Shown: positions 1 through 11,832 of the stretch, one piece after another | How the letters are laid out: every line of letters begins with the position of its first letter | Numbering within the stretch: position 1 is the first letter of the stretch | From: Macrostomum lignano | Taxonomy: Eukaryota | DNA length: 64,000 bases | NCBI GenBank assembly: GCA_002269645.1 | Contig: NIVC01000033.1 | Location: 988,689 to 1,052,688 of the forward strand | Direction: 5' to 3' | The notes under the pieces: model-generated | Databases searched by the model: none | What the model saw: the letters and a program-made list of their open reading frames with translations, nothing else | Told to the model about the DNA's origin: nothing | Translations under genes and position numbers: made by a program

Positions 1-192
1 AGAATGCCCTTTAATTTGACTGATTGATTGATTGATTGAACTGCCTGAGTGACTGGCTTGGAAGTTAAGAGGAACGGAAGAGGAGCCAGTGGGTCCTGGC
101 TGGGCTCAAATTTCTAATTACGATTTAAAAAAATTTTTCCGGATGGCTCCGTCTCTTGAACAGAAAATATGAATATCAATAATGAGAGTATC

Positions 193-505
193 TGGGTATC
201 TTGAGAGTCACTGGGTATCTTGAGAGTCACAGGGTATCTTGAGAGTCACTGGGTATCTTAGGAGTCACTGGGTATCCTGAGAGTCACAGGGTATCTTGAG
301 AGTCACTGGGTATCTTGAGAGTCACTGGGTATCTTGAGAGTCACTGGGTATCTTGAGAGTCACAGGGTATCTTGAGAGTCACTGGGTAGCTTAGGAGTCA
401 CTGGGTATCCTGAGAGTCACTGGGTATCTTGAGAGTCACTGGGTATCTGGGAGTCACAGGGTATCTGGGAGTCACAGGGTATCTGGGAGTCACTGGGTAT
501 CTTGC
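193..505. repeat. 19-bp minisatellite GGGTATCTTGAGAGTCACT
   Basis: About 16 tandem copies; intronic. Confidence 0.9.
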
Positions 506-613
506 TTAACTGGATATCGGAATCACTAGATGTCCTAAGTGTCATTGGGTATTTGAGCTGTTAAAACTTATCAAAGAATTATGAAGTCCCAGACTCTGTC
601 CCTCATCGCTCAC

Positions 614-928
614 CTTCTGCTTGAGTCCGAAGTTCTCCCGGCGGTTCTCCTCGTCCTTCTCCTCGTCGTGGGCCACGCGGGACTGCAGGTCGCAGACCTC
701 CTTGCACAGCTTGCCTCGCTCAGTGTCCAGCATCTTCACCTGGCGACGGAGCTCCTGCAGCTCACGCTTGGCCTCCACCCGGGCCTTCTCGACCTCGCGC
801 AGGTTGCCGCGAAGGTCGGCGACCTCCTTGCCGAGGGCGGCCTTCTGCTCCTCAAGCACGCCGATGCGCTGCTTCTGCTCGGCGATAGATCGGTCGCGCT
901 CGATGCGCTCGGCCTCCATCTCCTTGAT
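614..928 (-). CDS. CROCC: Rootletin exon (IKEMEAERIE...ENFGLKQK); gene continues beyond base 1
   Basis: Acceptor CCCCGCCCAG, donor GTGAGC, 315 nt. RRQVKMLDTE and ENFGLKQK resemble the rootletin mid-rod. Confidence 0.9.
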
Positions 929-959
929 CTGGGCGGGGACAGGGGTGCGGACTGGGCTG

Positions 960-1430
960 GTCTCACCGGTTCTCACTTCTTGTCTCACCGGTTCTCACTG
1001 CCTGTCTCACCGGTTCTCACTGCCTGTCTCACCGGTTCTCACTGCCTGTCTCACCGGTTCTCACTGCCTGTCTCACTGGTTTTTACTGCCTGTCTCACCG
1101 GTTCTCACTGCCTGTCTCACTGGTTTTTACTGCCTGTCTCACCGGTTCTCACTGCCTGTCTCACCGGTTCTCACTGTCACTCTCATCGGTTCTCACTGTC
1201 ACACTCATCGGTTTTCACTTCCTGTCTCACCGGTTCTCACTGTCTGTCTCACTGGTTTTTACTGCCTGTCTCACCGGTTCTCCCTTCCTGTCTCACCGGT
1301 TCTCACTGCCTGTCTCACCGGTTCTCACTGCCTGTCTCACCGGTTCTCACTGCCTGTCTCACCGGTTCTCACTGCCTGTCTCATCGGTTCTCACTGCCTG
1401 TCTCACTGGTTCTCACTGTCTCCTTCACTA
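960..1430. repeat. 22-bp minisatellite CTCACCGGTTCTCACTGCCTGT
   Basis: About 21 copies filling a rootletin intron. Confidence 0.9.
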
Positions 1431-1472
1431 GTCCTCACTACCTGTCCCAGCCTTGGCCATCAGACCTCTCAC

Positions 1473-1889
1473 CTTTTTCCTCAGCTCCTCGTTGCTCTTC
1501 TCCACGGCTTCCCGGGCGCGGCCCTCCTCGGCCAGCTGGCGTTTGAGCTCGAAAATCTCGCGCTTCTGGGCGTCCAGCGCCTCCTCCTGCTCGCGGATCC
1601 GGCGATTGGCGTCGATGAGCTCGCGGCGCAGGTTGTCCCTGGCGTCCTCGGCCATGCGCAGCTGCACCTTCAGCTCCGCCACCTCGCGGCAGGCGGCCTC
1701 GCGCTGCTGAGTGAGCTCGTTAATCTGCTCATTCAGCTTGCGCACCTCGGCCTCGTGCTCCTCCACTGTCTGCTCGAACTGGTCGCGGAATTTCTTCAGC
1801 TCGCCGTTCAAACTGTTGATAGTCTCCTTGTCCTGCTGCTGCTTGGCGGCCGCCTCGCGCCGGGCGCGGTCCAGCTCAGAGGCGACGGT
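1473..1889 (-). CDS. CROCC: Rootletin exon (TVASELDRARRE...NEELRKK)
   Basis: Acceptor CTCTCCCCCAG, donor GTGAGA, 417 nt, phase 0/0; coiled coil. Confidence 0.9.
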
Positions 1890-1995
1890 CTGGGGGAGAG
1901 AGGGACGAGCGAACGGGGATCGGGTGACGTGGTAGCGGGGGGAGGAGCTTTCTTAGAATGGACCAACTGTGGCTTGGACCAACCCCCCCCCCCCC

Positions 1996-2130
1996 AAAGC
2001 ACAGTGAAGTTTACATGACTAACTATAAATAAAGTTAGGGTCGCTGTACACTCCTGTGTGAGTGTGTGCCTGTGCTTGTGTGCCTGCTCAGGGGAGTCGC
2101 CGGTTGTGTGACAATGTCGCTTAAAGTGCC
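1996..2130 (+). mobile_element. Partial copy of the SINE-like repeat in a rootletin intron
   Basis: ATAAATAAAGTTAGGG.CGCTGTACACTCCTGTGT and GACAATGTCGCTTAAAGTG are shared with 54135-54262. Confidence 0.65.
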
Positions 2131-2211
2131 CCTGGCCATAAGAAAACAAGCCATAAGCATAGATAGAGATTCACGCCTAGCAACTAAGAGATCAAGTGAC
2201 TAAACTCGCAC

Positions 2212-2463
2212 CTGCAGCTCGGCGTGCGTGTTGCCCAGCCGCTCCAGAATGGTGGACTTCTCCTGCTCCACAATGCTCAGCGCCTGCTGCTTGTCATTCT
2301 CGGCCAGCATGAGGCTCTCGTCCCGCTCGCGCTGGCAGGCGGCGATCTCAGTGTGCAGCTGCTCGCGTTCGCGCTCGAACGAGCTGACCATCTCCTCGCG
2401 CTCCATGTTGTTCTGGTGGATCGTCTCCTGGCGCTGGTTTTCGTATTCGGCGCGCTGGTTGTC
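2212..2463 (-). CDS. CROCC: Rootletin exon (DNQRAEYE...ESLMLAENDKQQALS...AELQ)
   Basis: Acceptor GTCCCGCAG, donor GTGCGA, 252 nt. ERDESLMLAENDKQQALS is a rootletin/C-Nap1 family motif. Confidence 0.92.
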
Positions 2464-2526
2464 CTGCGGGACAGATGGGATTGAGAGGGAGGATGTTACC
2501 GGACTTCCTGACAGCTTTGAGAATAG

Positions 2527-3050
2527 AAAAGAGTCACGTTACGCTCTCACAGTCACCAAGAAAAGAGTCACGTTACGCTCTCACAGTCAAGAAGAAAAGA
2601 GTCACGTGACGCTCTCAGAGTCATCGAGAAGAAAAGAGTCACGTGACGCTCTCAGAGTCATCGAGAAGAAAATAGTCACGTGACGCTCTCAGAGTCATCG
2701 AGAAGAAAAGAGTCACGTGACGCTCTCAGAGTCATCGAGAAGAAAATAGTCACGTGACGCTCTCAGAGTCATCGAGAAGAAAAGAGTCACGTGACGCTCT
2801 CAGAGTCATAGAGAAGAAAATAGTCACGTGACGCTTTTAGAGTCACCAAGAAGAAGAGTCACGTGACGCTCTCAGAGTTATCGAGAAGAGTCACGTGACG
2901 CTCCCAGAGTCACCGAGAAGAAAAGAGTCACGTGACGCTCTCAGAGTCACCAAGAAGAAGAGTCACGTGACGCTCTCAGAGTTATCGAGAAGAGTCACGT
3001 GACGCTCCCAGAGTCACCGAGAAGAAAAGAGTCACGTGACGCTCTCAGAG
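2527..3050. repeat. 35-37-bp minisatellite containing GTCACGTGAC
   Basis: About 14 copies; intronic. Confidence 0.9.
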
Positions 3051-3109
3051 AGTTACTGAGCGGTTGATAATGAGTTAAAGCATCACAAAAAATCCAGAAA
3101 TTAGCTCAC

Positions 3110-3279
3110 CTTCTCCTTGGTCAGCCTCTCCAGATCGTCTTCATGAGACTGCTGCTCCTGAGCCAGGGCGTGCTTCAGGTCGCGCTCCATCTGCTGCATC
3201 TTCTGCTGCAGATTCTCGCGCTGTCTGGTGAGCTTGTCGCATTCGACCTCGAACTCCTTGGTGATGCGGCTGATCTCGG
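3110..3279 (-). CDS. CROCC: Rootletin exon (AEISRITKEFE...LERLTKEK)
   Basis: Phase 1 acceptor CTGCTGCAG completes the Ala codon; donor GTGAGC; 170 nt. Confidence 0.9.
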
Positions 3280-3431
3280 CTGCAGCAGTGAGGGTTTGAG
3301 ATATTCGAGCTCAGAGTTGACAGAACAGATTTATTAAAAAGAGAGGCAGTCTGCTTGAACAAGAGGGCAGGCCTTAGCAATGATAAGCTTGAGCAAACAG
3401 CGACTGAGTGGCTATTGGCCATGCAGCTTAC

Positions 3432-4437
3432 CAGTGAGATTCTCCTTCTTGATGATCAGCTCCTGGTTCTCGCCCTCCAGCTGGCCTTTGCGAGTCTCCA
3501 GCTGGACGATCAGCTCCTGGGCCTCGTGCAGCGCGTCCTCGAGCTGGTCCTTGTCAGCCCGCAGCCCGGAGGCCAGCTCGCCAAGGCGGCGAATCTCCCG
3601 CTCGCAGGCGGTGAGCTGCACAACGAGCTCGCCCTTCTCCTTGGTGAGGTCCTCCTTCTCCTTGGCAACTCGGAGGACGGTGTTGGACGCCCGCTCAGTC
3701 TCCCGGCGCGAGGCCAGCAGCTCCTCGGCCAGGGCTCGCTTCTGCCTGCCGATGGCGTTCAGCTGCTCGGCAAGCTCCAGCCGCTCCCGGTTGATTGACT
3801 GCAGCTCGTCTTCCAGCTTCTCGCGCGACATCTCGCTGAGCTCGAGTGTCTGATATAGGCCGGCCTTCTCGTTGTCCAGCTCCATCTTCTCCTGCTCACA
3901 GCGGAGCAGCTCCTCGCGGATGCCGTACTTCTCCTGCTCGAGGGCCTGCTTCTCCCCTGACAGCTGCGCTTTCTCGTTCTCGTACATCATAAGGATCTTG
4001 TTCAGCTCCACCTTGTCGTGCCCAAGGCCCTCGTTCAGCGACTGCATCTTTAGCAGGGCGTCCCGTAGGGCAGCCTCCTCGCTCTTCATCTTGTTGAGCT
4101 CGAGCTCCAACTCGGCCTTGGCCAGCTCGCTGCGGGACAGCGCGTCGGAGACTTCGGCCTTTTCCTGGTCCAGCACCTCCTTCTCCAGACAGGCCCGGTT
4201 GAGGTTCTCCTTGGTCTGCACCAGGTCGGACTTCAGGTTGCTCAGCTTCTCCTCCAGCTGGTCAATGCAGCGCTGGCACCGCTCGTTCTCCTTCACCTGC
4301 CTGTCCAGGTCCTTCTTCTGGTCGGCCTTCTGATCTTCGAGGCAGTCGCGGCAGCGCTGCAGCTCGCTGTTGGCCTGCTGCAGCCGGTCCAGGTCCGCGT
4401 GCAGCGACTCGATCTGCTCGTTCAGGGCCGAGCGGAC
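3432..4437 (-). CDS. CROCC: Rootletin large coiled-coil exon (VRSALNEQ...KENLT)
   Basis: Acceptor GTCCCGCAG, donor G|GTAAG, 1006 nt, phase 0/1; continuous coiled-coil ORF. Confidence 0.92.
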
Positions 4438-4479
4438 CTGCGGGACAAGCCGGGTTTCGATACATATCGGCTGAACTTT

Positions 4480-4930
4480 GTCGCTTATCTACTTCTCTCA
4501 CACTTTTATCTCCTATCTCATCTTTATCTACTCCTCTCACACTTGTCTACTTCTATTGCATCTTTATCTACTTCTCTATCACCCTTATCGACTTCTCTCT
4601 CTTACCTTTATTTACTTCTCCCTCACATCTACATACTTATATCTCTCTCCTCTATATACTTCTCTCACACTTATCTACTTTTCTCTCACATTTATCTATT
4701 TATATATCTCTCCTTTATCTACTTCTCTCTCTCATTTATCGACCTTTCTCTCACCTTTATCCACTTCTCTCTCAACCATATCTACTTCTCTACCTAACCC
4801 CTATATACTTCGCATTGACTGCATTCTACCTTCTATTCATAGTCTATCTACTTCTACCTTAAAACGAAATCTCACTCCTATTTATTTCTCACTGCTATCT
4901 ACTTTCGTTCATCTCTATCTCAGCTAGTTT
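4480..4930. repeat. Degenerate CT-rich low-complexity repeat
   Basis: Recurrent TTTATCTACTTCTCTC. Confidence 0.75.
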
Positions 4931-5038
4931 AAGCTCCATCTTTCAGTCTTGCCCCATGCCCCCAGAATCCCAGTCTGCCCCTTGCCCCATGCCCCAGAAT
5001 CCCAGTCTGCCCCTTAAATCTCCTCTCCCTGGCCGCAC

Positions 5039-5266
5039 CTTCTCCAGTTGGCTCCTCTCCTGCTCGCGGGCGGTCAAGGCGGACTTCAGCCGTTCGTAGT
5101 CGCGGCCGCTATCGGTCTGCGCCCTCTGCACTGTGTCCAGCTCCTCGCGCAGGCCCAGCACCTGGTGCTCCAGTCGTCGGCGCTCGTTCTCAGACTCGTC
5201 CAGCTGTCGGCGTATGTTGTCCCCGGCGTCCTTGGCGCTGGCCAGCTTGCCGCGCAGCTCCTGCAC
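5039..5266 (-). CDS. CROCC: Rootletin coiled-coil exon (VQELRGKL...RSQLEK)
   Basis: Acceptor GTCTGCAG, donor GTGCGG, 228 nt, phase 0/0; heptad-like E/R/Q/L sequence. Confidence 0.9.
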
Positions 5267-5384
5267 CTGCAGACACATCGGAGCGGCATGGGGGTTGGCA
5301 GTGATGCAATGCCGGACTAGGAGACCAGTCGCCAATGGGAAACGGGACACCGTGAGACGCGAGGTGTAAATAAGGATAGGTATA

Positions 5385-5910
5385 AAATATGGGGGCGCCA
5401 ATGGGAAAATGGGAGGCGCTAATGTGAAAGGAGGCGCCAATGAGAAGATGGAGCGCCAATGCGGAAATGGGGCGCCAATGGGAAAATGGGGCGCCGATGG
5501 GGAAATCATGGGGGCGCCAATGGGAAAATCATGGGGGCGCCAATGGGAAATTCATGGGGACGCCAATGGGAAAAATCATGGGGGCGCCAATGGGAAAATC
5601 ATGGGGGCGCCAATGGGAAAATCATGGGGGCGCCAATGGGAAATTCATGGGGACGCCAATGGGAAAAATCATGGGGGCGCCAATGGGAAAATCATGGGGG
5701 CGCCAATGGGAAATTCATGGGGCGCCAATTGGAAAATCATGGGGCGCCAATTGGAAAATCATGAAGGCGCCAATGGGAAAATCATGGGGGCGCCAATTGG
5801 AAAATCATGGGGCGCCAATTGGAAAATCATGAAGGCGCCAATGGGAAAATCATGGGGGCGCCAATGGGAAAATCATGGGGGCGCCAATTGGAAAATCATG
5901 GAGGCGCCAA
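5385..5910. repeat. 23-24-bp minisatellite ATGGGGGCGCCAATGGGAAAATC
   Basis: About 22 copies; intronic. Confidence 0.9.
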
Positions 5911-5969
5911 AGGAGCACCGGTGCACAGCGGCCTTCATCAACTCAGCGTGAAAGTCACCAGGCGCCTAC

Positions 5970-6227
5970 CTGCAAGGCCCTCTTGTTCAGCGCGGCCTGT
6001 ACGGCGCTGTAGGTGGAGTCAGCGAACGCAGGAGACCGCGAGCGCTGCCGACCGGCCGGCGAGCGACCGCCGCGACCGACCGGCGACACGGAGCGACCCC
6101 GACCGGCGTCCGAGAAGTCGCGGTACCCGTCGGCGTCGCTGATGACGGCCTGGGCAATGTCGCGCAGGCTCTGGTGCATGGCCTCGGTCTCCTCGATTAG
6201 CGCGCGTGTGGCCGCGTCGTCAGCACC
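5970..6227 (-). CDS. CROCC: Rootletin exon (GADD...RSRSPAFADSTYSAVQAALNKRALQ)
   Basis: Acceptor CTCCCAG, donor GTAGGC, 258 nt, phase 0/0. RS/SP-rich segment followed by AVQAALNKRALQ, as in rootletins. Confidence 0.9.
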
Positions 6228-6259
6228 CTGGGAGTTTGAGTCCGAGAGGAATAAATTAG

Positions 6260-6600
6260 ATATTGATCTCATTGATCTCAAATAATCTCACCTCATAGAT
6301 TAGACTTACACGTAAATCCCAAATAATCTCACCCATTAGATTTGATATTGATCTCAAATAATCTCACCCATGAGATTTGCTATTGATCTCAAATAATCTC
6401 ACCCATGAGATTTGATATTGATGTCAAATAATCTCACCCATTAGATTTGATATTGATATCAAATAATCTCACCTATGAGATTTGATATTGATCTCAAATA
6501 ATCCCACCCATGAGATTTTATATTGATATCAAATGATCCCACCAATGAGATTTGATATTAATCTAAAATAATCTCACCCATTAGATTAGATATCGATGCT
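6260..6600. repeat. 36-bp minisatellite TGAGATTTGATATTGATCTCAAATAATCTCACCCA
   Basis: About 9 copies; intronic. Confidence 0.85.
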
Positions 6601-6706
6601 AAAATAAACTAACCGCATAAACAATCTCCTACACTGACAAATCTCAAGCATCCGCATACTCAGACTCAGGAGATCGCAGCAGACCTCAAGCCTGAGAGAA
6701 ACTCAC

Positions 6707-7355
6707 CGGTGGCTCGGCAGATTGCGAGCGACTTGCGCTGCCGCCGCCGCCGCCGCCGCCGCTGCTGCGCAGCCGCTGCAGGTGGGACAGGGTTCGATCC
6801 TTCTCGGCCAACTGGAATTTCAGCTTCTCGTTCTGCACCGACAGCTCGTTGACCCGGCCGCTCAGGTCGGCCTGATGCGCCTCGAACTTGGCCTGCAGGT
6901 CCTGCAGCTCCCGGGTTCGTTCGCGGAGCGCCGATTCCAGATTGGCGCGCCCGGAGCGCTCCTGATCCAGCGCCACGGCGCCCTGCGTCTCGGCCGATTT
7001 CAGGTTGGCATTGAGATTCTGGCAGGCCGCGTGGACGCCGCGGGACTGGCGGGTCATCTCGTTCTTGAAGTTGTTCAAGTCGCGCTCGTTGGCGGTCTTC
7101 AGCTCGTTGAACTGGCGCCGGAAGCTCACCAGGTTGCGCCACAGCGACAGCAGGCGGTTGTGCTCGGACGAGAAGTACTCGGAGAAGCTGGCCTCCTCAT
7201 CGCGCCATTCGGACTCGCGGCGCTCGAGGTCGGACCGGGTGCGCTGGAAGTCCTCGCTGAGCCGCTTCATGTCCTCCGTGAGCGACTGGTTCACCTGGGT
7301 GGCCTGGTCCAGCTGCTCCCGCAGCATCGCGTTCACGTGGGCCAGGGAGGCCGAT
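6707..7355 (-). CDS. CROCC: Rootletin exon (SASLAHVNAMLREQLDQA...AEPP)
   Basis: Phase 2 acceptor CCCGCCCAG completes the split Arg codon; donor GTGAGT. VNAMLREQLDQA and YFSSEHNRLLSLWR are rootletin motifs. Confidence 0.93.
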
Positions 7356-7449
7356 CTGGGCGGGGCGTTCGGGTCGGTGGTAGACAGGGACTTGAATGCT
7401 AAGGACGTTGCTAAGCATCCTATAAACTTTTATGAACTGAACTCGGGTT

Positions 7450-7900
7450 TATTCACATATCTCAGCCTTGATTCACATATCTCAATATTGATTCACATAT
7501 CTCAGCCTTGATTCACATACTTCAGCCTTGATTCACATATCTCAATCATGATTCGCATATCTCAGCCTTGATTCACATATCTCAATCTTGATTCACATAT
7601 CTCAGCCTTGATTCACATATCTCAGCCTTGAATCACATATCTCAGCCTTGATTCACATATTTCAGCCTTGATTCACATATCTCAGCCTTGATTAACATGT
7701 TTCAGTCTTGATTCACATATCTCATAATTGATTTATGTCTCTCGGCCTCGATTCACAAATCTCACTCTTGATTCACGCCTCGCAGCCTTGATTCACAAAT
7801 CTCACTCTTGATTCACGCCTCGCAGCCTTGATTCGCATATCTCGGCTTTGATTCACGTCTGGCAGCCTTCATTCACAAATTTTACTCTTGAGTCACGCCT
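7450..7900. repeat. 20-bp minisatellite TTGATTCACATATCTCAGCC
   Basis: About 22 copies. Confidence 0.9.
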
Positions 7901-8714
7901 GTCAGTACGTGACTTAACCTATTACTCCCGTTCTCATACTATTACTACCCTATATTCGTTCACAAGTCCAAACGTTGATTGACATTCACACCCATATTCT
8001 TCTTCTTTCGATTTTTCCCACTTGATTCCCATTCCGTTGAAATGCCCATTTCTCAGCCATGATTCACAACCACTTTGTTCGTGTACAAAATCTGTCACTA
8101 CCGATTCACAATCAAATATTCCACGTTCACAAGTGCGCTCATGGGTGGCTTGAGCACAGAGCGCAACAAGCACAAGAAGGCAAAACACCGCCCTACTCAG
8201 CAGGGTTGAAGCCTCATACAAGAGAGCGGGGCAGGCAGGCAGTGGAGGGTAAAGATGCGCTGCACTACTCTCACAAACTCTCTCATAAACATTTCTGATG
8301 TTTTTACAACTGCGCCTTGCCTCTCTGCCTCCCCAGCCTTACAAAACATTCTTGATGAAAACATTGAGCGGGCAAACTCCCCACCTCATGCTGCCCCACT
8401 GCATTCCATCTTGTTTTATGAGCACGGGACAGGGCAGTGGGTAGTAGGGAGAGCGCCGGGTGTACAAATGGAAACAATTGATAATACACATTGCTAACTG
8501 AAAATTTTTATGGCGACTCATCGGTGGTACGGGGAGCGAGTGAGTGGGATAAACTAGGGGGATGATAGAGGGCGAGTTGGTTGCCGCGTTGGGTGGGACA
8601 TGGCTGAGTAATAAGATCGGTTATGGGCAGGAATGGCATATCAAGTGGTGCTAAAAAGAGACAAACGGAAGTTTAAAGTGCAGAAATAAAAAGGAAGATG
8701 GAATGCAAAAAAGA

Positions 8715-9745
8715 TGGGGGTGGGGGGACGGAGCAGATGATGGATAGAGCGGAAGAGATAGGGAGTAGAACGGAAAAGATAAGGGTAGGGGCGGAAGTGA
8801 TGAGGGTAGGGGCGGAAGAGATGAGGGTAGGGGCGGAAGAGATGGAGAGTAGGGGCAGAAGTGATGAGGATAGGGGCGGAAGAGATAAGGGAGGGGCGGA
8901 AGTGATGACGGTGGGGGCGGAAGTGATGAGGGTGGGGGCGAAAGAGATGAAGTAGCGGCGGAAGAGATAAGGGCGGGGGCGGAAGTGATGAGGGTGGGGG
9001 CGGAAAAGGCGAGAAAGAGAGCGGAAGAGATGAGGGAGGGGCAGAAGTATTGAGGGTGGGGCGGAAGTGATGAGAGTGGGGGCAGAAGTGATGAGGGTGG
9101 GGGCGGAAGTGATGAGAGTGGGGCAGAAGTGATGAGGGTGGGGCAGAAGTGATGAGGGTGGGGGCGGAAGTGATGAGAGTGGGGCAGAAGTGATGAGAGT
9201 GGGGGCAGAAGTGATGAGGGTGGGGCGGATGAGAGGAGGGTGGGGGCAAAAGAGAGGAGGGTGGGGGCGGAAGAGAGGAGGGTGGGGGCGGAAGAGATGA
9301 GGGTGGGGCGGAAGAGAGGAGGGTGGGGGCAAAAGAGAGGAGGGTGGGGGCGGAAGAGAGGAGGGTGGGGGCGGAAGAGATGAGGGTGGGGCGGAAGAGA
9401 GGAGGGTGGGGGCAAAAGAGAGGAGGGTGGGGCGGAAGAGAGGAGGGTGGGGGCGGAAGAGAGGAGGGTGGGGGCGGAAGAGAGGAGGGTGGGGGCGGAA
9501 GAGAGGAGGGTGGGGCGGAAGAGAGGAGGGTGGGGGCGGAAGAGATGAGGGTGGGGCGGATGAGAGGAGGGTGGGGGCAAAAGAGAGGAGGGTGGGGCGG
9601 AAGAGAGGAGGGTGGGGGCGGAAGAGAGGAGGGTAGGGGCGGAAGAGAGGAGGGTGGGGGCGGAAGAGAGGAGGGTGGGGGCGGAAGAGAGGAGGGTGGG
9701 GGCGGAAGAGATGAGGGTGGGGGCAGAGCAGATGACGGATAGAGC
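8715..9745. repeat. 20-21-bp G-rich minisatellite GGGTGGGGGCGGAAGAGAGGA
   Basis: About 48 copies. Confidence 0.9.
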
Positions 9746-10168
9746 GGAAGAGATAAGGAATGGCGGTGCGTGGATGCCAGAGTTCAGTGCAGAGACACTC
9801 AGTGAAGGGCAACGAGAAGCAAGCTTATAAAAGCTGGTGGAAAAGGGCGAGGATTTGCTCCGAAGAGCAGACATCGTGCTCAAAGCTGCTCCCAAAATTT
9901 CTCCCTAGGCGGCACTTGAATCCCCCTGGAGGACAGCAGCAACTGGCTGCAGACTAGAATAACAATGAGAGGAAACACGCAGTACCGGCTCAGTCCCAGG
10001 AACTAGGGGGAAATTAATAATTCTTCAGCAGAATGCCGGTGTCCGCCACCCCCCGCAATTTCCTCATCAGGGATGCTGGCTGCGTGTTGCATCGCTTGCT
10101 GAGACAATATTGGACTTTGTGGGGCAGGGGAAAAACTCCCTAAGTAAAAAGCACCGCTGCTTGCCCAC

Positions 10169-10284
10169 CTCTGCTGCTCCTCCTCAAGGCGGATGAGGGC
10201 AGACTCCAGATCGCTTGAATGGTCTTCATCGCCTCCAGAGCGCAGGCGAGTCTCAGAGTCCAGCTTGAACTGGTAGCTGTCGTT
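10169..10284 (-). CDS. CROCC: Rootletin exon (NDSY...DHSSDLESALIRLEEEQQR)
   Basis: Acceptor CTGTTGCAG, donor AG|GTGGGC, 116 nt, phase 0/2. DLESALIRLEEEQQR is a conserved rootletin motif. Confidence 0.92.
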
Positions 10285-10516
10285 CTGCAACAGCGGGAGC
10301 GCAAATGAGAAAAAACTGATCAATGCTTGTGCAGCATTGGAATAACTGACCGCAGCACGCCAAGTAAAATTTGGATGCCATGGCACCGAATAAAAAACCG
10401 CTAGAGAGAGTCCGCGTTTGTTAAATTAAAATAGCTGCGATTGCAGGTTAAATAAGCTGGCTGTGCATGCAGTTTCTCTGTGCTGCGCGAGACAGGGACA
10501 AATATCACGGCCTAGC

Positions 10517-11127
10517 CCAGTCCCCCACTATACCCCTGCCCCAGTCCCTCACAATACCCCTGCCCCAGTCCCTCACAATACCCCTGCCCCAGTCCCCCAC
10601 AATACCCCTGCCCCAGTCCCCCACAATACCCCTGCTCCAGTCCCCCACAATACCCCTGCCCCAGTCCCTCACAATACCCCTGCCCCAGTCCCTCACAATA
10701 CCCCTGCCCCAGTCCCTCACAATACCCCTGCCCCAGTCCCCCACTATACCCCTGCCCCAGTCCCCCACAATACCCCTGCTCCAGTCCCCCACAATACCCC
10801 TGCCCCAGTCCCTCACAATACCCCTGCCCCAGTCCCTCACTATACCCCTGACCCAGTTCCTCACTATACCCCTGCCCCAGTCCCTCACTATACCCCTGCC
10901 CCAGTCCCCCACAATACCCCTGCCCCAGTCCCTCACTATACCCCTGCCCCAGTCCCTCACTATACCCCTGCCCCAGTCCCTCACTATACCCCTGCCCCAG
11001 TCCCTCACTATACCCCTGCCCCAGTCCCTCACAATACCCCTGACCCAGTCCCTCACTATACCCCTGACCCAGTCCCTCACAATACCCCTGCCCCAGTCCC
11101 TCACTATACCCCTGCCCCAGTCCCTCA
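10517..11127. repeat. 24-bp minisatellite CCCTGCCCCAGTCCCTCACAATAC
   Basis: About 25 copies. Confidence 0.92.
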
Positions 11128-11463
11128 CAAGACACCGCCATACCCCTAAATGTACAAGTGCCACGCCACGGACAAGTTTTAAAATTTCAATCTATAATAA
11201 GAATATTTCTAAAAGCTGCTACTTAGCAGAAAACAGTTAAATCAATAAGATGTTCTAAAAACATACAGATTATGAAATTAGACAGGTGCAGAATTATTGG
11301 TAGACAGCAGCAAACACGGTGCAGAACGTAAATCCGCAACTCCGAGAGGATTATAGTCGGGTTTGGATAAAACGGACAGCTAATGTGCTGTTGCTATGGC
11401 TACGAAATCAACGTTTGTGCTTTTGTTTTAAACACAAAAGTCAAGCCGTCAGCTTGGACTCAC

Positions 11464-11541
11464 GCGTTTGCGGTCAGCTTCCTGCTCCATCACCTGCACT
11501 TTTGCCTCCATCTCGCTGCACTTTTTCTTGTATTGCAGCAC
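11464..11541 (-). CDS. CROCC: Rootletin exon B (VLQYKKKCSEMEAKVQVMEQEADRKR)
   Basis: AAG acceptor at 11542 and donor GTGAGT at 11463; 78 nt, phase 0/0. Matches the recalled human ILQYKKRCSELE. Confidence 0.8.
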
Positions 11542-11832
11542 CTTCGCGTAGGTTTGAAATCATTTTGGGAGAGTTTGTTGTGGGGAAATGATTGAACAGC
11601 ACCGTGGTGACAAGTTAGGCACGGCAGCACAAAACAGAATTCGCGCATTATTCGCGTGGATAATGTTAAATCAGTGGTAGAATGTACTTTTAAACTCGTC
11701 AGAAGCAAACCCGGCATGCGGCTAAGGCAGCGAATAAACACGGATTAGATTGATTATAAGTAGTGCAATCTAGCATGGGACTCTCCCTGCGGCATGCCAA
11801 ACAGATCAAATCTGCTTCAAGACTTTAATCAC

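Noticed and set aside
7934-8221. 95-aa ORF with a signal-peptide-like hydrophobic stretch (antisense-free, inside a rootletin intron)
   Set aside because: No recognisable domain or splice support; AT-rich codon usage unlike the real exons.
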